Of a stretch of 32,000 nucleotides of DNA, positions 25,508 through 32,000 are shown one piece after another. Origin of the DNA: Erysipelotrichaceae bacterium (GTDB lineage Bacteria; Bacillota_I; Bacilli_A; Erysipelotrichales; Erysipelotrichaceae); assembly GCA_963676105.1 (NCBI GenBank), contig OY781039.1, positions 630,001-662,000 of the forward strand. Reading direction: 5' to 3'. Made by a program: the position numbers and the translations under genes. Each line of letters opens with the position of its first letter. Positions within the stretch are counted from its first letter, which is position 1. Below the pieces are notes generated by a model. That model was not told where the DNA came from. It saw only the letters and a program-made list of their open reading frames with translations, and did not search any database.

Positions 25508-27702
25508 AAGGCTAACTCCTCCGCAGATAATTGTGAGGACGCAATTTCTAAGTAAGTCTCACATGTTTTAAGTAATTCTTTATGGGTTCCTTTACCGACC
25601 ATTTGTCCTTCTTCTAAAACAATAATTTGATCAGCATCCATTATGGTATTAACCCGTTGCGCAACAATTAAGATAGTTGTATCTTTTAGGTTTTTCTTTA
25701 AAGCAGTTCTTAATTTTTGATCTGTTTTGAAGTCTAAAGCTGAGAAACTATCATCAAAGATAAGAATAGGTGATTTCTTAACCAAAGCTCTCGCAATCGA
25801 TAAGCGTTGTTTTTGTCCACCAGAAACATTGGCACCCGCTTGGGCAATATGGGTTTCATAACCTTCTTCTTTTTCAGAGATAAAATCAGTCGCTTGAGCG
25901 ATTTCACTCGCTAAGACAACTTCATCTTTGTCAGCTTCAGGTTTACCATATTTAAGGTTGTAATCAATTGAACCTGAAAGCAACATTCCCTTTTGTGGGA
26001 TATACGAAATTTCAGAGTGTACATCATGTTGCGTTGCTTCACGTACATCAACTCCTGATACTTTGATAGATCCTTTAGTCACATCATAGAATCTTGGAAT
26101 TAAATTAATAAGTGTACTCTTACCAGATCCCGTTGAGCCAATAATCGCGGTTGTTTTACCAGGTTCTGCTGTAAAACTAATATCTTTAATAACGCATTCT
26201 TTAGCGTTTTTATATTTAAAACTAACATTATCAAATTCAACCACACCACGCTTGCTTTCAACAAAGGCTTTAGCGGTTTCTGGATCCTTAATGCTATTAA
26301 CGGTTTCAAGTACATCTGCAATACGATTTGCGGATACTTGAGCTCTTGGCATCACAATAAAGACCATTGAAATCATTAAGAATGACATAATGATTTGCAT
26401 CGCATACTGCATGAAGGCCATCATTTCCCCAATTTGTAGGGTCCCAAGATCAACTTGGTGTGCCCCAAACCAAACAATACCTACCACTGTAATATTCATA
26501 ACTAACATCATCACTGGCATCATCGTGACCATGACACGTGCTACAAAGAGTAGAACATCGGCTAAATCTCTGTTGGCTTTTTCAAAACGTTCGTCTTCAA
26601 AACTTTGGTTACCAAAGGCACGAACAACCATTAATCCTGTTAGATTTTCACGGGCAACTAAGTTAAGACGATCAACTAAAGTTTGCGTTAACTTAAATTT
26701 AGGCACCGCTACCGTAAAGACAATCCCAATCACAGAAACAAGAGCTGTTACCGCAATCGCAATAATCCAGACCATACTTAAATCAGTACTGGTGATCATA
26801 TAAATACCACCAATAGCCATAATTGGGGCATAGAATAAAATACGTGATCCCATCGCCACAAATCGTTGAATTTGGGTAATGTCGTTTGTTGTACGTGTAA
26901 TCAGGGAAGAAGATGAGAAATGATCAAATTCTTCATTTGAGAATGTTTCTACTTTTTCAAAAAGTGCTTTACGTAAATCCTTAGCTACACCTGCTCCCAT
27001 TCGAGAACCAAAGTAACCAACTAAAATAACCGCAAGTGCACCAATCAATGAAATTAGAATCATGATGCCACCAGTTCTTAGAATGTAATTCATTTGAATA
27101 CTATCTAAATCGCCACCTAACTCACTGATAAAACCTTGTGCTAAAACAACTCCCGTTTGAGCAGTAAGCATATCTGATACTTCAGCAGCACTTTCTTGAT
27201 AAGGTGCTAACATTTCTGCAGGCATCATCGCAAGTTGGTTAGAGAATGCATACAATTGAGTCACATCAATGTTTTCCATACTCATGGTGCCATCTGTTGT
27301 TGCGCCAGCTTGATCTTGAGCAAAGTTAATGAGTGTCCACACAGATTTACCAATAACCTGATCTAATACAACACGTTCTTCATCACTAAGATCATTTAAA
27401 ACATAGACTGTTGAAGCAGCCTCAGGATATTTAGAATCAGAATAATCACTAACTAAAGTGTAGCCTTCTTCTAATAACGTTTTGTTTTCATTTGTACTTA
27501 AAGTGTAGACAAAGTTATAGGCGTCTTCACTTAATACATCATTGGAGGCATGTTCTATACCTCCTTGTTGAATTCCCGTCGAAACGATTTCTGACATGTA
27601 GTTTGGTAAATTCAAGTCTGCAAAAGCTTGAACAAACAAAAGTGTCAAAACCATAATCATTGAGAATATAAAGGGTTTAAAAAATGATTTTAATCGTAAC
27701 AT
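25504..27702 (-). CDS. ABC exporter half-transporter with a degenerate NBD and a large extracytoplasmic insert between TM1 and TM2
   Basis: Walker A GSTGSGKST and signature VSGGQ. Walker B is LIFDDSFSALD (D replaces the catalytic E) and the H-loop is AQR (Q replaces H). About 160 non-hydrophobic aa follow TM1. Confidence 0.9.
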   Translation of the reverse strand: MLRLKSFFKPFIFSMIMVLTLLFVQAFADLNLPNYMSEIVSTGIQQGGIEHASNDVLSEDAYNFVYTLSTNENKTLLEEGYTLVSDYSDSKYPEAASTVYVLNDLSDEERVVLDQVIGKSVWTLINFAQDQAGATTDGTMSMENIDVTQLYAFSNQLAMMPAEMLAPYQESAAEVSDMLTAQTGVVLAQGFISELGGDLDSIQMNYILRTGGIMILISLIGALAVILVGYFGSRMGAGVAKDLRKALFEKVETFSNEEFDHFSSSSLITRTTNDITQIQRFVAMGSRILFYAPIMAIGGIYMITSTDLSMVWIIAIAVTALVSVIGIVFTVAVPKFKLTQTLVDRLNLVARENLTGLMVVRAFGNQSFEDERFEKANRDLADVLLFVARVMVTMMPVMMLVMNITVVGIVWFGAHQVDLGTLQIGEMMAFMQYAMQIIMSFLMISMVFIVMPRAQVSANRIADVLETVNSIKDPETAKAFVESKRGVVEFDNVSFKYKNAKECVIKDISFTAEPGKTTAIIGSTGSGKSTLINLIPRFYDVTKGSIKVSGVDVREATQHDVHSEISYIPQKGMLLSGSIDYNLKYGKPEADKDEVVLASEIAQATDFISEKEEGYETHIAQAGANVSGGQKQRLSIARALVKKSPILIFDDSFSALDFKTDQKLRTALKKNLKDTTILIVAQRVNTIMDADQIIVLEEGQMVGKGTHKELLKTCETYLEIASSQLSAEELAL

Positions 27703-27713
27703 AGTTTTTCTTT

Positions 27714-28157
27714 CTATTTCTTGTCATTTAGACTTAACGCATAATCAAGGACTTTATCCATAATGGGTAAGATTACTTTTGTATCTTCTTCACCGATGTA
27801 ATCAATCATTCCACCAATAAAATCAGAAGCTTCTTTATAAGCTTTACGTAAGTGTTCATTACCTTTATCAGTTAGACTCACCCACGTAACACGACGATCA
27901 TTTTCGTCACTCTTACGTTGAACAAATCCAGCTTTTACAAGTTTATCAACCATCTGTGAACTTGCCGCATTACTCACATCCATTTTTTGCGCAAGTTGTG
28001 AAGTCGTAAAAGCTTCACCATCATTTATTTCGTGCATGGTAATAAGTAAAAAGATATACTTCTTTTTCCCATCATGGGTTCTTCTCATCACCTTTTGTAG
28101 ACGTGAGAACTTTTCCATAAATTGATGAACCTGTTCACGTTTTTCTTCATGCATCAT
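27714..28157 (-). CDS. MarR family transcriptional regulator
   Basis: 147 aa with a wHTH (TTSQLAQKMDVSNAASSQMVDKLVKAGFVQRKSDENDRRVTWVSLTDKG). First gene of the ABC exporter operon. Confidence 0.88.
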   Translation of the reverse strand: MMHEEKREQVHQFMEKFSRLQKVMRRTHDGKKKYIFLLITMHEINDGEAFTTSQLAQKMDVSNAASSQMVDKLVKAGFVQRKSDENDRRVTWVSLTDKGNEHLRKAYKEASDFIGGMIDYIGEEDTKVILPIMDKVLDYALSLNDKK

Positions 28158-28175
28158 AAAAGTTAAACTCCTTAA

Positions 28176-28221
28176 TAGTTAAGTACCTTAACTAATATAC
28201 ACCCAAATAACATAAATGCAA
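28176..28221 (-). promoter_or_regulatory. marR-ABC operon promoter (-35 TTGCAT, 16 nt, -10 TATATT) plus a perfect palindromic operator
   Basis: TTGCAT at 28221-28216 and TATATT at 28199-28194. The perfect 8-3-8 palindrome TAGTTAAG-tac-CTTAACTA at 28176-28194 abuts the -10 box. Confidence 0.65.
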
Positions 28222-28271
28222 ATAAAAATGCACGATTAAGTGCAAATTATTTATATATTCCTATTCAAAAA

Positions 28272-28297
28272 GAAAAAAAGATGTACTTTTGTACATC
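28272..28297 (-). terminator. Ferritin gene terminator
   Basis: Minus strand GATGTAC-aaaa-GTACATC followed by T7. Confidence 0.8.
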
Positions 28298-28307
28298 CAA
28301 ATCATAC

Positions 28308-28787
28308 TTATCTTTGAGCTAAAGCATCGTCCATTCGCATGATACCAATTGGTGTAGGTACTTTTTCTAAGCGTGTAATGATGTCATTAAGGGTGGCTTC
28401 TTCTTCAACTTGTTCATCAACATACCAACCCATGAGTCTAACCATTGCATAGTTTTGAGCTGCCATTGATGAAGCAAATAATTTACCAATACGTTCAGTT
28501 ACTGTTTTTTCATGTGCTAGTGATTGTTTGAATAGATCAATGTAGTCAGCCACTTCAAGTTTATCTAAAGCAATTGGTTTTAATTCAACAGTTTCATCTA
28601 ATTCTTGTAGGAAATGCATGAGTTTCATGCCATGTTCCATCTCTTCGGCTGCTTGTTTTTCCATCCAGTGTTTTGCGCCAGGATAACCTGCTGCATCTGC
28701 CCAAGCTGCCATATTTAAATATAGGTAACTTGATTCAAACTCATAATTAATTTGATCTAAGGCTAAGTCTAATAATTCTTTTTTCAT
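28308..28787 (-). CDS. Non-haem ferritin
   Basis: 159 aa four-helix-bundle ferritin with ferroxidase-type residues (YEFESSYLY, EEMEHGMKLMHFL, AHEKTVTE). SD AAGGAG. Confidence 0.88.
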   Translation of the reverse strand: MKKELLDLALDQINYEFESSYLYLNMAAWADAAGYPGAKHWMEKQAAEEMEHGMKLMHFLQELDETVELKPIALDKLEVADYIDLFKQSLAHEKTVTERIGKLFASSMAAQNYAMVRLMGWYVDEQVEEEATLNDIITRLEKVPTPIGIMRMDDALAQR

Positions 28788-28815
28788 GTTTTTATATGTC
28801 TCCTTGCTTACATCA

Positions 28816-28824
28816 ATTATAACA
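28816..28824 (-). promoter_or_regulatory. Ferritin extended -10 promoter TGtTATAAT
   Basis: Minus strand TG-t-TATAAT (28824-28816), about 27 nt upstream of the ATG, with an SD in the leader. Confidence 0.55.
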
Positions 28825-28882
28825 AAGTCTAAGTATTCAAAACCTTTCGAATGATTGAAGATTTTTGTGATTCTATCTAAAT

Positions 28883-29299
28883 TTACTTTTTAAACGCCAT
28901 TTTAAATCCAAAGTTTTGGTTAATATCAATATAGGTCTCACCATTCACTAAAGCAATAGGTCCACTTGAACATTGACCTAAGCATTCAATGTATTGAACT
29001 TCATAGTCTTTTTGTTCTGCAATAAAGTCCATGATCTTTTGACTTCTCTTATATGAACAAGCACTACCATTACAGACTTGAATCAGTTTTTGTTGGTATT
29101 CAACAATTTCTAATTCATCATTTTCTTTAACACAGGCTTCTATCATGGCGAGTGGAATATCGTAAAGCTTAAATAGGATATACACTTCTCTTTCACTTAA
29201 AACTTTATTTTCTTTTTGAATATTGAGCAATAAATCTTTTAAAGATTCATTGTTTTCTTGATAGTTTAATACAAGTCGTCTAAGTGCTTTTGTTTCCAT
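28883..29299 (-). CDS. Thioredoxin-like [2Fe-2S] ferredoxin, NuoE/HydC-like, stand-alone
   Basis: Helical N-terminus plus CNGSAC(x24)CLGQCSSGPIALVNG (a Cx4C...Cx3C pattern). ATG at 29299 with SD AAAGGGGA. Overlaps the permease 3' end by 34 nt. Confidence 0.75.
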   Translation of the reverse strand: METKALRRLVLNYQENNESLKDLLLNIQKENKVLSEREVYILFKLYDIPLAMIEACVKENDELEIVEYQQKLIQVCNGSACSYKRSQKIMDFIAEQKDYEVQYIECLGQCSSGPIALVNGETYIDINQNFGFKMAFKK

Positions 29300-29997
29300 A
29301 AACGAATCCCCTTTTCTACAAAGACTACCCATAGTATCATCCAGATGCTTAAGGCAAATAGTTCTGCAATATCAAAGTTAACTTTTGCGACATAAAGCAT
29401 ATAGCCTAAGCCTGGTTGTACTTGTCCTAGTATTTCTGCCATAACCCCTACTTTAAAACCTAAACTTAAGGAAAGGATTAAAGCTTCAAAGATAAATGGT
29501 AATAAATTTGGAATATAAACTTTTAAGAGTGTTTCTAAAAAACTTTCTGGATAGATTTCCATCACTTCTATTTGATCGATATTTAAGTTATCTAAACCAC
29601 TTATCATTTGGGCATAAGAGGCTGGAAAGACAATTAATAGTGCAATCACTGAAACTGATACTTCACGAGATAGCCAAATTAATATTAATAGAATATAGGT
29701 AATATTAGGTAGTGTTTTGACTAGCGTTAAAAACGGATTAATTAGAATACGATACCATTCATATTTATGACCCAATAATGCTGAAAAGAAAGCAAAGACT
29801 AAGGCCAAACCACTGCCTATTAAAACTCTAGATATACTTGTTAGAAAAGCAGTGTAAAAACTTATGCTTGATGCTTGCCCTATAAAGTATGAAAGAATAC
29901 TAAAAAGATCAGGTAATATAATGGGTTTATTAACAATAAGGGCTAAAGCTTGATAGCCGATTAAATATACAATCCAAACTAAAGTCTTTTTAAACAT
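29266..29997 (-). CDS. ABC importer-type permease (binding-protein-dependent, NitT/TauT/SsuC-like) with no partner genes nearby
   Basis: 6 TM helices and an EAA-like loop (YAQMISGLDNLNIDQIEVMEIY). No cognate ATPase or substrate-binding protein gene in the window. Confidence 0.75.
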   Translation of the reverse strand: MFKKTLVWIVYLIGYQALALIVNKPIILPDLFSILSYFIGQASSISFYTAFLTSISRVLIGSGLALVFAFFSALLGHKYEWYRILINPFLTLVKTLPNITYILLILIWLSREVSVSVIALLIVFPASYAQMISGLDNLNIDQIEVMEIYPESFLETLLKVYIPNLLPFIFEALILSLSLGFKVGVMAEILGQVQPGLGYMLYVAKVNFDIAELFALSIWMILWVVFVEKGIRLWKQKHLDDLY

Positions 29998-30013
29998 GTC
30001 TAAAGTATAGCAT

Positions 30014-30517
30014 TTACCTCGTAAATATCACGATATAGTTATACCCAAGCTTTTGTGCACATTCAGGGCATGTTGTATGAAATACAAACTGTTCTTTTAT
30101 ACTTATACCCTTTAGTGACCATTCTTCTTGGATAAGTCGTTTCCATTTTGGTATCTGTTTAACACTTCCTTCAAAGACACGTGCCCTAAAAACCCCTTTG
30201 ACTTTCCTTAAGGGGAAGTTACTGATTTGATGAGGAACATGAAAATAATGTGTGGAAGAAAAGAGAGAATCCTTACTTAAACTAAAGTGAATATGATCTT
30301 TAGTTTTATCTTGTTTATGGATAAACTGTCGATATCTTTTAAGTACACTAAATAAATTAATATGCATGAAAAAGAAAGCACTAGATCCAACGCGTATAAA
30401 ATCTAATTTTGAAAAATCAAAAAGTTTTCGATCCCATTGCCCAGGATCAAAGACGTGACAACATGAATCATTTTGATTATCATCTTCAATTTTCGGTAAT
30501 AGATAATTGATTGTCAT
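30014..30517 (-). CDS. Soluble CC...CPxC motif protein, paralog 1 (family not recognised)
   Basis: 167 aa with no TM helix or signal peptide. CCHVFDPGQWDRKLFDFS near the N-terminus and FVFHTTCPECAQKLGYNYIVIFTR at the C-terminus. SD GGAGGGA. Confidence 0.7.
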   Translation of the reverse strand: MTINYLLPKIEDDNQNDSCCHVFDPGQWDRKLFDFSKLDFIRVGSSAFFFMHINLFSVLKRYRQFIHKQDKTKDHIHFSLSKDSLFSSTHYFHVPHQISNFPLRKVKGVFRARVFEGSVKQIPKWKRLIQEEWSLKGISIKEQFVFHTTCPECAQKLGYNYIVIFTR

Positions 30518-30624
30518 AGATATCCCTCCACTCTTTTGAAGAAGGATACCATAGTTTTCGATATGGATGGGTTATACTTGTATACCAATTAAGTATAAAA
30601 GAGAGTTATAACTTTAATACGCTT

Positions 30625-31131
30625 TTATCGAGTGAAAATTACAATGTAATTATGTCCATACGTTTTTGCGCACTTTGGACAGGTTGTATAGAAGACAAAT
30701 TGTTCTTTGATAGCTTTACCTTTTGTACTCCAATCAGTTTCTATTTCTTTCATCCATGAAGGTATTTCATTGAAATTCCCTTCAAAGACACGTGCACAAA
30801 ATGTGCCTTTTACTTTCTCTAAAGGCATCTTAGTCATTTGATTATTGACCATAAAATAATGAACTGAAGAAAAAGCAGACAAGTCTTTGCTTAAAATAAG
30901 GTATTGATGATCAGGTTGAGCATCATCTTGATCAATCTTTGCTTGTACCACGGTCATAACTTTTCCTAAGTTTAATGGCATATGCATAAATGATTTACTA
31001 AAAGCTTTCACAAAAGAAAGATCTGAAAAGTCAAAAAACTTTCGATCCCATCTTTCCGGATAAAATTTAGGGCAACAACCCGTTAACATATCTGCATCGC
31101 TATAACTTGGAATCGTTTTTAAAACAGTCAT
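30625..31131 (-). CDS. Soluble CC...CPxC motif protein, paralog 2 (family not recognised)
   Basis: CCPKFYPERWDRKFFDFS, ARVFEG, FVFYTTCPKCAKTYGHNYIVIFTR. Alignable with paralog 1 over its full length. The ATG at 31131 is preferred because SD AGAGGA abuts the ATG at 31137. TATAAT at 31157-31152. Confidence 0.7.
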   Translation of the reverse strand: MTVLKTIPSYSDADMLTGCCPKFYPERWDRKFFDFSDLSFVKAFSKSFMHMPLNLGKVMTVVQAKIDQDDAQPDHQYLILSKDLSAFSSVHYFMVNNQMTKMPLEKVKGTFCARVFEGNFNEIPSWMKEIETDWSTKGKAIKEQFVFYTTCPKCAKTYGHNYIVIFTR

Positions 31132-31210
31132 ATTCATTCCTCTTTTTTTATATTATATCGTTTTGTTTACTTTAAGTGCATTATTCTTATCTTCACGTTA
31201 AAATAATGTC

Positions 31211-32000
31211 ATGGAAAATCATACACACAATCACGATAAACATGATCATCATGAACACAATCATGATCACAATCATGATAAACATGATCACAATCATCAT
31301 CACCATGATGTCACTCAACTCTCAGGCAAAAAGATTGCGGGGGTTACTTTATTAAATGCGATTATTACGATTACTGAAATTATAGGTGGTTTAGTTTCAG
31401 GCTCTTTAGCACTTTTATCAGATGCGATGCATAACTTATCGGATACCTTATCGATCGTCATTAGTTATGTAGCCTTTAAAATTGCTCAAAGACCAAAAAA
31501 CAAACACAAAACTTATGGTTATAAACGAATTGAAATACTAACCGCAAGTATTAACTCATTAGTTTTAGTTGTTATATCTACATTACTTGTAAAGGAAGCG
31601 ATTGATCGCTTTAGTAATCCTCAAGAAATAGATACAGGATGGTTACTTATTGTTGCGGTGATTGGACTTCTCGCAAATCTCTTTTCTGTTTTCCTTTTAG
31701 AAAAGGATTCACATCATAACTTAAACATTAAATCATCTTACTTACACTTGATGGCAGATACCCTTTCCTCAGTTGGTGTTATCATTGCAGGTTTAATTAT
31801 TTACTTCTTTAATATCCTTTGGATTGATAGTGTAATTACATTGATTATCGCTATCTATATCTTTAAAGAAGCAGCTAAGATATTACTTGTTACCTTTGAT
31901 ATCTTAATGCAGGCATCACCAAACTTAGACTATGATGCGATAAAAACAGAGATTGAAACAGTAGATCATGTTAAAAACATTCATCATGTTCATGCATGGC
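31211..32000 (+). CDS. Cation diffusion facilitator (CzcD/ZitB-like) metal efflux protein with a His-rich N-terminus; 3' end outside the window
   Basis: Absent from the ORF track because it runs off the window. My translation: MENHTHNHDKHDHHEHNHDHNHDKHDHNHHHHDV..., then the CDF motifs LLSDAMHNLSD (TM2) and HLMADTLSS (TM5). Confidence 0.85.
   Translation, partial: MENHTHNHDKHDHHEHNHDHNHDKHDHNHHHHDVTQLSGKKIAGVTLLNAIITITEIIGGLVSGSLALLSDAMHNLSDTLSIVISYVAFKIAQRPKNKHKTYGYKRIEILTASINSLVLVVISTLLVKEAIDRFSNPQEIDTGWLLIVAVIGLLANLFSVFLLEKDSHHNLNIKSSYLHLMADTLSSVGVIIAGLIIYFFNILWIDSVITLIIAIYIFKEAAKILLVTFDILMQASPNLDYDAIKTEIETVDHVKNIHHVHAW

Noticed and set aside
26100-26803. ORFs 26100-26321 (-) and 26390-26803 (+) inside the 732-aa ABC gene
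   Set aside because: One is an alternative frame and the other antisense within a gene whose ABC motifs are intact in the annotated frame.
28788-28882. Fur/PerR box in the ferritin promoter region
   Set aside because: TTATAATTGATGTAA matches the left PerR-type half-site, which coincides with the -10 box, but only about 4 of 7 positions in the right half. ATCATTC further upstream is a fragment of a Fur box at best. In this AT-rich sequence that is not distinguishable from chance.
29496-29702. 68-aa plus-strand ORF
   Set aside because: It is antisense to the ABC permease gene. It is a shadow ORF.
30518-30624. Possible riboswitch or structured leader in the 107-nt gap between the two CC...CPxC paralogs
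   Set aside because: Only short hairpins (CCATA/TATGG) are present and there are no G-rich junction motifs of known metal riboswitches. I could not support any structure by eye.

Overview
Gene-dense chromosomal window from a low-GC bacterium that uses the standard code (TGA is a stop, TGG is Trp). Gene content and promoter style look Firmicutes/Mollicutes-like (Acholeplasma- or Erysipelotrichia-like), but the taxon cannot be proven from this sequence. I support about 45 CDSs and found no rRNA, tRNA, CRISPR array, transposase, integrase or phage gene. Plus strand, left part: CPBP protease (5' truncated), RecD2 helicase, then one apparent operon of DUF1648-like membrane protein, ABC ATPase, large ABC permease, NfeD and SPFH/stomatin, followed by an orphan PTS EIIB. 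Minus strand: metK behind a SAM-I-like riboswitch; YitT; RidA with a Cys/His-rich tail; and a six-gene translationally coupled operon (B12-binding radical SAM/DUF4080, RdgB, TIGR01906/DUF1461 Lit-like protein, TraX-family protein, TrmL, membrane protein). Middle: a choline/thiamine-kinase-family kinase with two overlapping GntR/HutC paralogs; infC (ATA start)-rpmI-rplT with an L20-leader-like attenuator; proS; and a GH1 6-phospho-beta-glucosidase. Right part: a RelE/RHH toxin-antitoxin pair; a MarR-controlled heterodimeric ABC exporter with one degenerate ATP site; ferritin; a cluster of a NuoE-like [2Fe-2S] protein, an orphan NitT/TauT-type ABC permease and two tandem paralogs carrying a CC...CPxC motif that I cannot assign to a family; and a His-rich CDF metal exporter (3' truncated). 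The best candidates for undescribed biology are the CC...CPxC/orphan permease/[2Fe-2S] cluster and the overlapping Lit-like/TraX pair, which may remodel lipoprotein N-termini. A third signal is a recurring architecture in which a -10 box, often TGn-extended, sits 6-7 nt upstream of an ATG with no Shine-Dalgarno, suggesting leaderless mRNAs. I see no canonical defence or mobile system. All functional calls come from motif recognition by eye, not database searches.
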